From Lama glama (taxonomy: Eukaryota): 64,000 nucleotides of DNA. Both the position numbers and the translations under genes were made by a program. The stretch covers positions 1,550,001 through 1,614,000 of the forward strand of contig CM052820.1 of assembly GCA_028534125.1 (NCBI GenBank), given 5' to 3'. The notes under the pieces are model-generated. The model was not told where the DNA came from and did no database searches. It saw only the letters and a program-made list of their open reading frames with translations. Shown one piece after another: positions 25,485 to 37,495 of the stretch; the first letter of the stretch is position 1, and every line of letters begins with the position of its first letter.

Positions 25485-25578
25485 GCCGGAGCCCGGCCGC
25501 CCCTCGTGCCCAGCCCTGCTCTCTGCCGGAGCCCTGCCGCCCCTCGTGCCCAGCCCTGCTCTCTGCCGGAGCCCTGCC
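25485..25578. repeat. GC-rich minisatellite, 40-bp unit, about 2.3 copies
   Basis: gccggagccc(g/t)gccgcccctcgtgcccagccctgctctct repeated with period 40. Confidence 0.95.
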
Positions 25579-28500
25579 CATGGGGACGCTGGGGCGCCCG
25601 TGGACACGGCTCTGTGTTGCGAACCATTGCCCCCACTGCTCCTCCCTCCCAGAAGAGACCGGGCGGCCCGGTCTGCAGGACTGCTCTCTTTCCCTCCACC
25701 CTCCACGCTTCCTCAGTTTCCCCGGATATGGCTGTTCTTCCCCTGAGAGTCTTGTCTCCTCTCTCCGCCTTCTCCGTGCCCACTGCCTCTGCGGTTCCCC
25801 ATCACCCCTCCCGCCGCTGCCGGGGAGCCTTTGGGAAGCGCAGAGCTGAGCTGGGGGTTGCTGTTTTCCCCGGAAGCAGGGACAGTCCCCCACAACTCGC
25901 TCCCCGCCCCCAGCCTTAGGGCCTGGCTCGCTCACCTTCCCTCGGGGGACCCACGTGTGGCAGGTGGTTGGAGCCTGCGGGGCGATGGGGCGCAGGACTG
26001 TGACCAGCCCCCAGCTGCGGGGGCACCTGCTCTTCATGTGGCAGGAAGTCGAGGGTGGGAGTGGGGGCGGTGGACGGTTCCAACGGCCCAGCTCTTTCTA
26101 GAAATGACTTCTGGTAAATTTGCATTCCTTTCCTACTGGCCCTGGATGCTTCAGGTCCTCCTGCTGCCTTCATTACGCCTGCGCCCTCGCAGGTGCCTCG
26201 CAGGCACTTGCTGTGGGATGTTTTCCCATTAAAGCCATCTGGGGAGGGATGGCGCCGGTGTTCCTGCCCTCATGGTGTTCACGTTGTCCAGTTAGATGTG
26301 TTAGGATGCACACCTGGACCCCGTGTCTGGGTGTCTCCGTGCAGGTGGGGGCCTGAAGGTCAGGGCGGTGGGTTGGGGGCAGCGGTGGTCACGCCCTGTG
26401 TGCCCCGTGTGGTGGTGGGGCCACTTGACTAGAAGGGATGGGGCTGTCCCTTTACGGGAGTGCTTGGGGACACTGGGCTCCGCCACTGGCTTGTCCTAAC
26501 CTGCAGCCCCCCCTGTGGCCGTCCCGCACCTCTGCTGTCATCAGGTCCTGCCCCTGCTGGACCCGTCTTCCCAGCTCTGGGTGCAGAAGGAGGGCCGCGC
26601 TGCGGAAGCCACTTGCCAAGGCCCCATGTCTGAGGCCCCATGCGGCCCCCCTGTTCTGCCAGTTGGTCTCTGTGGGCAGGGAGCTACCCCCAGGGGTTCG
26701 CAGCCATCTGGGGGGTGCAGGGTGGCACTTCTAAAATGGGCTTTTCTGGAACCCAGGGTCTTACAAGGTGCTTACACTTACTTTCCTGAAAAGCTGGCCA
26801 GAGAAGGCTGGCCCTGGAACCTAAAAACCAGCCGCCCCCAGTCTGTGACTGGGGGGTCCACAGCCCAGGGAGCGCCTGGACACTCTCTGGGAAGGAAGCT
26901 CTGAGGAGACGCCGTCTCCGGGGCTGGCTGGTGGCGGCCCCGGGGCCTGCGGGCCAGGCGGGCAGCCCCGTTCTATTTCTCGAGGGACGTGCAGCTCCTG
27001 TTCGTTACTATTATGTCTTCACAGTAGAACTGCACCTAAAGGGCCTTCCTTCCTGCTGTGTGGAGGGCAGCGGAAGTTGGGAGTTCTCTTTCCTCCCGGG
27101 CGCCCTACGGGCTCTGCTTTGAGTGCTGCTGGGCTCTCAGAATCCACCGGAAACATGGCCTCCTGGCTCCTGGGAGCTTGCCTCCGCCCTACCCCATTCC
27201 AAGAAAAAGAGAAGCCGACAAAGCCAGTATCTTCCCTCTCTCGTTACCCCCCCCCCACAGCTGGCAGCAGGGAAATCGGGGTGTTCTGAATTGCACACGC
27301 TATTTGACTGGCCCACTGTTTAATGTCCAGGTGGGATCCTGTTATCTGCTCTTCTGGAACTAAAGAGATTTTTAAATAAGGGCGGGGGGCCTGTACTTCT
27401 CAGCCCCTGTGGGGCCCAGGGCTGCGCCGGCGGAGGCCCGGGCTCTGGTCCAGGCCGGCCCGGCAGGTTTCTTGGCTTAGCGCTTGCTGCGCTCCGGGCC
27501 GGAGGTGTTTATCCTCTCCTGCCCTTCTCAGCACGGGTGCCCTCGCTGGCCTTTGCGTCACTCTGTGAGCAAACAACAAACGCTGACAGGGTTCTGTCCT
27601 CGCCCCGAAGAGCAGCCAGAGCCCTTTGTTTACCGGGCGGCTGGCGGGGCTCGCTGGGCCGCCTGCACAGGTGTCCTGGGGGGGCCCCCGCCAGCGCTGC
27701 TGGGCCCCCGGGCGCCTCACCGCACAGCCCTGAGCCAGGGCCCACCTGCCTGCCCGCCCCGCGGCGGGGGGAGCAGGCCCCTCGCACCCCCGCCCCCCCA
27801 AGCGGGACTGGGCTCTGGGAGCAGAGTTCTGAGGAGCTCTTCGAGTGAAGGCTCTGTTCTCCTGCAGAGGCACCCAGCCCGGGTTCAGAGCTGGGCAGAC
27901 TCTCTGCAGCTGAGGCCCTTTTTCTGGAAGGTGCTGGTGGATGTTTTAAATCTTCTTATGAGATTTCAAACGTGTGGCCTTGGAGGAAGGAGCTGCTGAG
28001 CGCCCACATAGATGTCTCCACACTGCCCCCACCTGCCACGCAGCGCTGCGAAGTAGAAATTAACCTAAATTAGCAAGATAATTGTCCCTGTGTTAATTGC
28101 AGGTTGTCCTTCAGAGCTGTTTTCCTTTGCGAGGTCTCAGCAGTGGGCTGGCTTCGGGCCCTCCCGGGCCTTCCTGCACGTTGGCACCCAGAGCCACCAT
28201 TCCAGAAAGGAGCGGTTGAATTCCGTCGTTCCCCGAGCCGTCCACTGGCCCCACAGACGCCTCTGATGATGCTCTCTCGAGCCCTCAGTATTGGGTGGGT
28301 GTCCCCCACACCCCTCGCCCCAGTGTCCTCCCAGCCCCCGCCAGGGCTGTGAGGTTCTCTCTCAACACAGGCGACATAAACAAACACCGGCTATTTTCAG
28401 CACACCCGGTTGGTGTCACAGCTGTTAGGGCCTGTCCTCTGGCCAGCGTGGCCGGCCCCCAGCCCTGCACTTGGCCCTGGCTGGCCGGGCCCAGCTCTGG

Positions 28501-28893
28501 CAGGCAGCGAGGACCTAAAACCTTCTTTCCTTGCCATGGTTTCTGGCTTTCTTGCAACACCCCTGGCACTTGGAACAGGCAGCTGGACGAGGACGGTGTC
28601 CAGGAGGGCCCTGGGGATGATTCTGCCGGGGTTTTCTTTGTTTAGAACTTGAGTTTCTGCTTGGAAGCACTCAGCTGGAATGTGGGGCTGTATCTGTCCT
28701 CTGTGACACCAGCAGGCCGAGGCGGGGCTTCTGAGCCGCTTTTCTTCATCTGTCATAAATAAAACAAAGTATAAAACCCTTAAAGTAAAACCTCAACCTG
28801 AGTCTTCCCTGTGCGGTGAATAGTCGCTGAACGAGTACTGTAGCCCCTCCCCTTCCCAGTGGCCATGCAGAGACAGCGTAGTAACAGGACGTA

Positions 28894-28963
28894 GTGTGTG
28901 TGCGTGAGTGCGCACGCGTGCGCACATGCATGTGTGAGTGTGTGTGCATGCACACGTGTGTGT
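28894..28963. repeat. Compound alternating purine-pyrimidine tract containing overlapping palindromes
   Basis: gtgtgtgtgcgtgagtgcgcacgcgtgcgcacatgcatgtgtgagtgtgtgtgcatgcacacgtgtgtgt. Confidence 0.85.
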
Positions 28964-30051
28964 AGACGACCCTCCATGGCTGCAGCTCGCCCTGGCCCGG
29001 CCTGCCTGTCCGTCTGCTTGCTCTGAATACCTTCCCTCCGAATCCCGTGTCCTTCCAAACGCTGAGTGATGTTGAAGGCCCCCAGGGCCATGGGTTTCAC
29101 TCCCCACAGAGACGGGTCCTTCAAGCAGGTGCCGTGGGCTGCTCTTTGTCCTGCCCTGTGTGCCCCGTTGTCATTACTGCTGGTGACTCCACGTCACTGC
29201 TTCAGTGTGTCCTATGTCACAGCTGCTGGGTGTCCCAGAGTCATGGCGCTGGGCATCCCCAGGGCCTGGCTTTGTTACAGTCAAGGAGTTAACTCAGAAG
29301 ACAGGGACTCTCATGAGAGTAAGATCTGACAATTCGGAAAATGTTAGCTCACATTTGGAAAAGAAATGATGAATTAAACTCGGTAAAATTTGTTGATCCA
29401 TTTGAGAATTTAAATTAAATTCATCTGTTGATGAAGGTGATTCTTGGAGTCTGAACTTGTGCTGGCTCTTGACAGCTTTCTCGGTCTGGGGCGCTCTGGT
29501 TGGAGAACAGCACACGTTGCCCGTGGCTGCAGAGCCCCGTCACTTTGCTCTCTAATTCGCTTTACCTAAAGCTAAAATGTGGAGTAAAGAACTTTCAAAA
29601 TAACAAGCGGTGAGCCCCCAGAGGGGGCCTTGGCGTGAGGGAAGGGTGTCTGCGAGGCAGGAGTCAGTGTGGGCTTGCGCGCGGGGGGCAGGGAGCCGAG
29701 TGAGCGCAGGGAGCGTCCTCGGGCTGGGCAGAGCCTCCAGGGGTTGGAGTCCTGGGCCCCCCGCCTGGACTGGGTGACCCTGGGGAGCTGTGTCAGTTCC
29801 TTGCGGGCTGGTGTCGAAGTGGGCGAGGACGGGGCCTTTCGGCAGCGCCGGTGCGGGGGGCAGCTGGTCACGGTATCTTCTGCTTTTATTTCCACTGCCC
29901 CCCGCGTGCTGCCTGTCTCCTTGACTCTTAAGTGTCCTTTTGTTTGTCTCAGCACAGTGCTGGGCCCATGGTGGGAATTCAGTAAAGGCTGAATAAAAGA
30001 AGAAGGAAAAACGTTATTTAAAACGTTTGAGGTAGCCTGCTTTGTCTGGGA

Positions 30052-30088
30052 ATACACACACACGCGCGCGCGCGCACACACACACGTA
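30052..30088. repeat. (CA)n(CG)6(CA)n tract, strong Z-DNA candidate
   Basis: atacacacacacgcgcgcgcgcgcacacacacacgta. Confidence 0.9.
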
Positions 30089-30229
30089 GATGTTACAGCA
30101 CAAAAAGGTGACGGCAAAGATTGCTCCCCTGAAATTACAACTTGCCTAAGCCAAAAAAAAAGCCGCTCCTTTTGTAGTTAGTGCTTATTAAAAACAACAG
30201 CAACAAGAAACTCACGGTCATAAAGGTGA

Positions 30230-31120
30230 CGACGTACGTTTCCTCCTGTAGCTGGTGAAGCTGTCTCTCAGGTGGAAGGCTGTGGGTTTGTGTGCGGTGC
30301 AGGGCAGGCGCCAGCTTCGTTTTCCCTTCCCACTTCGATAACCGTAGTGCAGGAAGCTTTGCTCCCTTTCCGCAGGGTAGCCCACTGCCCGCTCGGTCAT
30401 CTGTCGGATCTGGGCTGTTTCTGGCCCCGCTGCCGCCTTCCACTGGGCAGGAGCCGGTCCCCGGCCTGCTTGGCACCGTCTCCTCTTGTCCGAGCTCTGC
30501 TGTGCCTCCCTGCCTGCCCCTCCTGCGAGTGTCCCAGACCGAGTGCGCTGGGCAGGTTCCTTGAAGAAAGCAGGGTGGGAGTTCGATTGGCATTGCAGTG
30601 AACGCGTGGACAAATCTGGGGAGCACTGGCGTCTTGGCAGTACGGGGTCTTCCCCGCTCTTTGCACGCTGCTTTTTGCACTGACTGGATCTTCTTAAATG
30701 TCTTCCAATAGATTTTGGTAATGTTCTCCATAAAGGCCTTGCACCTGTTACGTTAAATTTATTCTTCAGTAGATTCTAGGGTTTTTCCCTTGTTATAGAT
30801 GTAATCTTTTATTTAAAGTAAGTCTTCTGTTGCTAGTACTGTATGGAAATGCAGTTGGTTCTGTGTTTTATTTTGACGTCCAGCCACTTTCCTAAAACCT
30901 TGCCACTCCTAACAGTTTTTCCGTAGGTCTTCAGGGTTTGTGTGAACCGTGGTGCCAAGGGTGCTGCTGCCTTCCTCGTGCTGCTGCTGTGTTTCCTCGT
31001 CTGCCTGTGCTGGCCCTGAGCCCCGTTCAGCCTGAGGCAGAGCAGAAAGACGGGGCTTCCTTCTTCCTCCCCCCCCGACCCCGGGGCCCCGAGTAGACAG
31101 ACGTGACACCTTCTCATTTC
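30230..31120 (-). mobile_element. LINE-1 ORF2 remnant (region after the RT domain), non-functional
   Basis: ORF 30135..30731 (-) contains GRPRTAKTPVLPRFVHAFTAMPIELPPCFLQ, a decayed form of the L1 ORF2p motif [26 protein letters not shown]...FF. Confidence 0.85.
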
Positions 31121-31620
31121 ACTCCTCCTGGTTTTTCAACTTTCTTTGTATTTTCAGCTCTTAATTTTGCCTCCGTCTCTTCAGTTAACTTCTTCATAAT
31201 TGTCCTCTAACTCACCTAATTTTCCTTTTGGTTTTGTATAGGATCTAATGCTTTCACCATCCATTTTTAAAATTCATCAATGAGATTTTTTTAATTCATC
31301 AATTTTATTTTTGAAAGTCTATTTTGTTCATTTGCCAGAATGATTCATTTTGAGTTTTGTAACTTCCTCTTTTTTCATTTCTTGATTTGTTTCAGTCATC
31401 TTAGTAAATTTTTCATTACCTCAAATCAACATAAGAAAAATGCACACAGGTGGATAAAACACACAATGTGTCTTAAATTTCGGAAGTGGTGATTCTGTAT
31501 TCTGTTTCCAGTAACACAAGCGCCTGAGCTGCCTGCCCTTTGATGTTGTTGCTGTCTTTCAGTTATTTCCTCGTGTGTTCGCTTGCCTTGGCTGGGAGCT
31601 CATGTGTGGTTGGTCCTGAC
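31121..31620 (-). mobile_element. Ancient L1/HAL1 ORF1-like remnant, AT-rich
   Basis: 'tgtcctctaactcacctaatttt...ccatccatttttaaa...gaaagtctattttgttc...ttcctcgtgtgtt...gagctcat' resembles antisense ORF1. Confidence 0.5.
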
Positions 31621-31889
31621 ATGTGGGAAACGCAGGGGTTGAAAGGAAAGATGCTTCTCTTCAGGCAGGACTTCCACGTGCTCTTTCAGGGACCTGCTGT
31701 CGGTGCCTCAGTGGGATACCATCACCCCTCGGGGGGTCCCCGATGGCGCCCGGAACCCGCATCCTGAGCCCAGCACCGCCGGGGACTCACCGAGGCCACG
31801 GCCTCCCTCTAATCAAACAACGTGCAGACCTTAATTGAATGATGCTACGTGGCTAAGCAGCACTAACCGCCTCTGTGCCCTCGGCGAGT

Positions 31890-32059
31890 CAGGTCCCTGT
31901 AACAGACATCGTAATGATGAAAAAGTTTGAAATAGTGCAAGAATGATCAAAGTGTGACCCAGCGACACGAGGTGAGCAGAGGCCCCTGGAGAAGCGGTGC
32001 CGGTAGGCTCCGTGCAGGGTCACCACGAACCTCCACTGTGAGACGCAGTGCCTGCGAAG
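31890..32059 (+). mobile_element. Tigger1 DNA transposon 3' fragment
   Basis: taacagacatcgtaatgatgaaaaagtttgaaatagtgcaagaatgatcaaagtgtgacccagcgacacgaggtgagca...gcagggtcaccacgaacctcc matches the recalled Tigger1 3' end. Confidence 0.85.
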
Positions 32060-32859
32060 GTCTTCCGGTTTCCGGTTCCTTGGAGGGTCCCTTCACTGCC
32101 AGTGAGCCCAGCGACACCGCAGGCCCGATACTGTACTCGGAGTCTAGGCTCCCCACAGCACAGGAGCTGTAGGACTGACTCTGGCCACACTCTCAGGAGT
32201 GTAAGTTTCCAGTGTTTCACATGCCCGGCCTCCAGCCCTTCTGTCCCTCTCCTCTCCTCCCTCCCTCCTCCCCCACCTCCCTCCCCCAAAGCTGACTTCC
32301 ACATCCTCCCGGGCAGCTGCCCTGGTCCCACCGGCTTCACAGTCCCGCTCACCTGGCGGAACTCCAGCCCGGGTTCCAATCCATCGTCTCCCTGACTCCC
32401 CTCCCCAAGCAGGTGTGCGCTGCCAGTGCTCCCCAGTCCCACCTAGCGCTCGCCCTCCATTCTCAGCACCTGTCCAGTCCAGCGTCGGCCCCCACTCCCA
32501 GACGCTTTCTCTGCCCCCTCTCCTGCCCTCTGACCTTGTGCGGGGCCTTCTAGGTGCCCTGGGGGTGGCCGCAGAGGGGCGGGTGGGGCCTGCATTGCCC
32601 GGCACATGGCATGTGGGCATCCTCCCTGCTTTTGGTCTTGTTCCCTCCTCTCGCCGTGACAACCCTCTCATTTTTCTTGTCTCTGACTTTCCTTCTGAGC
32701 CTCTAAATATGCTCTCATCACTTCGCTGAAAAACACGGTGGACCCGGCCTTCCCTGGTGCGGGTCTCCCTCCTCCGCATTCTGCAGGACCTCGGGCCACG
32801 GACGCTCCATGCCCTACTGTCCCAGCAGTGACAGGGCAGACTGGGAGGTGAGGTCGCCT

Positions 32860-34430
32860 GGGGCCCGTGTCTCCGGACTCCTGCAAGTCCTCTGGCCCCA
32901 CCTCCATCCTGCAGCCACCCAGCTTCTGTTCTATGCGCACCTGCCCAGCCTCGCGCAGCCATGACCGTGACCTCGACCTCGGCTCTCACCTGCCTTTGGC
33001 CTCCTGTCTCTCTTCTCTGGATGTGGACGCCCAAGGGCGCCTGATCGGCCTACCCAGGAGGAAGCTGCGGCTGGGGCAGTGGGGAGTGCTGCCCCTTCTT
33101 TCCCCAGGGAGACATCCTGTGATGCTCATCTCCAGCCTCCACACGGGCCCCTTGGTGGAGCTTCCAGCAGCCACAGTTGGCCCCAGCATTGGCTCCTCAA
33201 CGCTCTGTCCTCGGGTTGGCTCGCCGCTCCCAGTTCTCTCCTGCCCTCACACCCAGGAGTCAGAGCCTAGGACCCTCGGGCCGCATCCTGAGAGTGCAGC
33301 CCGCCTACTGCCGGTGTCCTGTCTCCCATTCACTGTCAGCTCCCTGAAGTCACGTTCGGGGTCCCCCATGCCCTGTCCTCGGTGGCCGCTCCAGGGGACT
33401 CCTTCCAGTCCTCCTCGGTGAGAAGGCGGGGAACATGGGCGTCAGGGGCACTTGCAGCGCTTGGACGTTTGCGTGAGTGTGGTGGCAGCAGATGGAGCTG
33501 CAGTGGCCGGACTGTCCCTGCCACACTCGCCCCTCACCTGCAGCAGGGGTGCTGCCGTGCTGCTGACACCCACTTCCACAGCTGACACAGCCCCGTCCCC
33601 ACGGCAGCATCACCCGGCCCCTCCTGTCCCTGCTCGGCCCAGCCCCCTGCCCAGATGTTCAGCCGAGAGTCCAGGGGATGCTTTGCATTTTCCTCTTTCA
33701 CTGGCCCCCGTGTGCAGTTGGGCACCCTTTCCTAGGGCTCCTCGTTCAGAGCTCTGTGGGTCTCACCTGCTTCTCTCCGTCCACGTCTCCCCGGGCAGCC
33801 AGGTGCTGCCCCCACGGGCTCTGAATGGCCGATTGCCCAGCTCAGTCCTCATGAAGGTGAAACCACACAACCTTACAGCTAAATGCAGCCCTGGAACGTG
33901 AAAACAGAGGAGCGGGTGCCGAAGACCACATTCCCTGGCTGTTCCATGCAGGCTCTCCGTCTGCTCTCGGGTCCTTAACTCGTGCGTGTGTGTGTGGCAC
34001 ACGCCCAGGTGTGTCAGGGCCCTTCTCGCTGGGCCGTAGTGGCCTCCCAAACTCGACAATGACTGAGGACCGTGCTCCAGCGTGTCTGCACCGCGGACTG
34101 CAGCCACCAGGCCCCCAGCCTCCGGGCCTTCTCCCCAGCCACTCCCCCTGCGGGAATCCCTCCCTCCTGACCTCAGGGACCCCTGGGGACTCCCCTTTGT
34201 TCAGGTTTTGACCTAAATCTCAGCTCCCCAGAGAAGCCTCTCCAGGCCCAGCCCTACCTGCTCCTCTGCAGGTGCTTCCCCGGGCTCCGTCCCCCTGGAT
34301 GCTGCTCCCACCGCGCCTCAGGGAACCGTCAGATTCCGGAGAGCGGGCTCTGGGCTGTGCTTTCCTGAGCCCCTGGCCGCCGCCGCAGAGCCGCGTGTGC
34401 GTGGACCACTCGTGGATGAAGACGTGCCTG
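32860..34430 (+). mobile_element. Degraded L2 LINE fragments
   Basis: C/T-rich, with L2-like motifs: 'cagagctctgtgggtctcacctgcttctctcc...cccacgggctctgaat' and 'ttcaggttttgacctaaatctcagctccccagagaagcctctcc'. Confidence 0.5.
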
Positions 34431-34461
34431 GAGAGAGAGCACATTTTGTCTTTAAGATGGT

Positions 34462-34498
34462 ACACACACACACACACACACACACGTGTGCACACACA
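34462..34498. repeat. (AC)12 microsatellite with an alternating purine-pyrimidine extension
   Basis: acacacacacacacacacacacacgtgtgcacacaca. Confidence 0.95.
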
Positions 34499-34642
34499 GG
34501 GACAAGAGTTGGGAGACTCTTGTGGTCAACTGATAACAATGGGCGCCTTGGGGGACGTTTCCGAAGTCAGCCAGGTGCTCGGTGTGCCGGCAGGAAGGCG
34601 CCGGCGGGCCCCCCGCGGGGCGGGTGTCCTACCCCGCCTCTG

Positions 34643-34680
34643 CGGTTGCTCTGAGTGCCCCGGTTGCTCTGAGTGCCCCG
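34643..34680. repeat. Perfect 18-bp tandem duplication
   Basis: cggttgctctgagtgccc occurs twice in tandem. Confidence 0.9.
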
Positions 34681-35659
34681 TGTGGGGGCCGGAGGGGGGT
34701 GAGCGGCCCCAGTGTTGTCTGTCGTGTGCTCTGCGCCCGGCTCTGCTCCGGGGGACTGGCGGGCTCGGCCTAGACGTGCTCATCCGGAGACAGGTCCCCT
34801 CCTCCACATTCTCGTAGGGTTGGAACAGAGGCGTTCGGGGGTCCGTGGCTGGCTTTCTCTGGCCTCTCGGGTTTGTCCCTGCGCTGGGGCTGTCAGCATA
34901 ATTACAAAGCAGAGTGTAAAGCAGTCACCTCGGGATGGCGTGATTTGGTTTGTTCTGTTTTGTTTTTTGACCTGCATGTTTCCCAGGGCTGACAGAGCAG
35001 AGCTGCGTGTGTCTCGGTTCTGTAAGAACGTTCGTCAGCATGTGACCAGCTCCTTAGCCGACAAGCCTGGAATCCCAGAGTTCGTGGAGACACGTGCACT
35101 TTGGAGAGAGGGTCCCAGGGTCCCCTTCCCTTTGGTTCATGTCACAGGAGACACTCCTGAGAGGGGGGCACACACTCCACGGACCAGCCTTACTGATTCT
35201 GAGACGTGCGGAGGGAAGTCCAGAAGTGCTGTGCTCGCAGCTTTTGGCCTCATTTAAAGCATTCGTAAACAGTCCAGGGGGCGCGGAGAAGCCCAGCGAG
35301 AGGGCTTGGCGCTTGTTCTCATTCGCAGAATGAACGCCTCTGTTCAATTACGCAGCCTGGCGCGGCCCCATCCACGGCTCTTCCGGGGAGGGTGCAGAGA
35401 CGTTTCACTTCTCCGCCTTCCCGTTTCTCCCCTGTGGCCCGGCTGCCCAGCAGATTTCGGGGCCTACTTGTCACGTGCGCACAGGAGGCCTTCATTTGTC
35501 AGGACCAGTGGCTGCTGCACTGGAGAATTTCTGCTTTTGCTGCTGCTGATCTGGTTTCTTTTTCAAGCTCACTCCCCCCTGCGCTTGCCCACTCCCCTAC
35601 CTTCTGGTTGGGCAGTCTTCCTCCTGCTCAATCTGGGCAGAGGATTCTGGTTTCTGCCC

Positions 35660-35890
35660 GGACAGTGAGGGAGACTGGCTTTGGAGTCAGCAAGGTCGGG
35701 TCCGATTCCCAGCCTCGCTGCTTAGAAATGGGGAGCATTACTTAGTTTCTTTGAGCCTCGATTTTCCTCATCTGTGAGATGGGTATAAAAGTCCCACCTC
35801 CTGCGTTTATTGTAAGGCTAAGGGATTGAGTATAAGCTTGTGGCTTGGTGCCAGGTAGACAGTCTGTTCACTGAATCACTAATAATTCAC
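35660..35890 (+). mobile_element. Near full-length MIR SINE
   Basis: ggctttggagtcag...ttacttagtttctttgagcctcgattttcctcatctgtgagatgggtataaaagtcccacctc...ttgtaagg. Confidence 0.85.
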
Positions 35891-37458
35891 TTATTCAGCC
35901 ACTGGGAATTTTCACCACATAAGAGCTGGAATCTCCTCTGCAGGCCTCACCTTCGAGGGGCAAGTCCAATAGGGGACTGCACAAGTAAAGGCTACTTTTG
36001 AATTTGAAAATGTTCTGAGATCAGCGTTCTGAGATCTGGAGGGGGCAGTGGTGTGTGGGGGCCACCATGTTGTGAAGGCACCTCAGGCCCCTTTCCCTGG
36101 GGGTCAGGCAGAGGGGGTGTGTGGCCACACACACCCGCTTTGCCCTTCTCGCCTTTCAAGAGGAAGAGTGCTGCGTACGTGTATACCGGCAGGGAAGCAG
36201 CTTTTGAGGAAGGGTCTAGAACCTTCTTAGAGCGCAAGTTGAAGAAGGCCTGGCAAGTGACTTTGACTGACAGGTGGTACCTTATGTGTCTCAACTATTA
36301 AGCATTTCTTCTTCTTTGTAAGTTAGATTGCCAAGCAGTTTTTAAACGAGTGCAGATGCTCCTGGTAGCCTTGCAGAAGATACAGGTTGGTGAGGGACCT
36401 CTCCTGGGATCCCCACCCCGCCCCTAGGGGCTCACTCAGAATTAACGGAGCCCCCCTCCTGGCCCCTCCCCATCCCTCCTGGCCCCTTGGCCTGACGCTC
36501 TCTGGCTAGTCTGTTTTTCTTTCTTTTCCTTCCATCGTGGATGGTTTGAAGACATACGGTCTGGAGCCAGGGGTGAACGCGCACCGATCTCTCAGGAACC
36601 CCACAGTCTCCAGGTGGCCTCAGCCCACGGCCGCTGGGTGTGGAGGTGGCCCCTGGGAGAGAAGCTGTCTGTTTTATTTGTTTCCTCCATGCTGGGAGCG
36701 ACTTCAGGCTGCCCTGGCCCCGGGTGGCCCCGCCCACGGACCCTGGGGTGGAGGGAGCCGAGGGCCAGGGCTCTGGGGCGGCCGGCTGTGGCCGCAGTGG
36801 CCTGCTAAGCGGCCCAGGCCCGCACTGGTGGTCCCAGCGGCACCCGCAGAGCGGTCAGCACAGGCTAGTGGGCGTCCAGAAACAGCCCTGAAACAGGGGC
36901 TCTGCTTTGGAGTGTTCCATAAAACTTCATGAAGGGTATCATGAAAGTCGCCTTTGGGTGTGCCAGGGGGTCAAAGGCGGTTGCAGTCTAGCTGGAGAGG
37001 TCAGCGTGTGGGAGGCCTCAGGTGTGCCCCCTCCCGCTCTGCCCGCCACGGCCCCTGAGCCTTGGCCCCATGGCTGCTTGGGCCTGCTCTTCAGGTCAGC
37101 CTGGGGGACCTTATCCTCTGCCCACCTGCCCTCTGGGCACCGGCCCCTCACCCTGCGCCTTCGGGAGGCCTACGGAGCCAAGAAGTGGAGAGTGGGCTGT
37201 GCCTGCGGCCTGGGGAGCCCTCGGAGCCCAGGCGCGGGGCTCGCTGCTCCCCAGCCAGGCGGACGAGGTTCTGTGTGATTTCTTTCATCCCTCTGGCAGC
37301 AGACGTGCAGCCATGCCTGTGTCTGGAGAGGGGCAGCCCTGCAACACAGAGGGGGCTGTACCAACCCCTGCTTTTATTTGGGGGGCCCCAAACGGAGAAG
37401 AATGGCCAAGGCTGCCTGATGCAGTGCTGAGTCCCGGCTGTGTCCCAGGGGCTGTCTG

Positions 37459-37495
37459 CAGGGGCAGACAGAGGCAGACAGGGGCAGACAGGGGC
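37459..37495. repeat. 10-bp tandem repeat (GRGGCAGACA), about 3.5 copies
   Basis: caggggcagacagaggcagacaggggcagacaggggc. Confidence 0.85.

Noticed and set aside
30135-30731. ORF with L1 ORF2p-like residues as a possible domesticated gene
   Set aside because: Similarity is short, frameshifted and decayed, so it is a fossil. The same applies to 40836..41042 and 53843..54061.
36117-36132. 16-bp palindrome GTGTGTGGCCACACAC as a miRNA or structured RNA
   Set aside because: Too short and low-complexity, with no extended hairpin.
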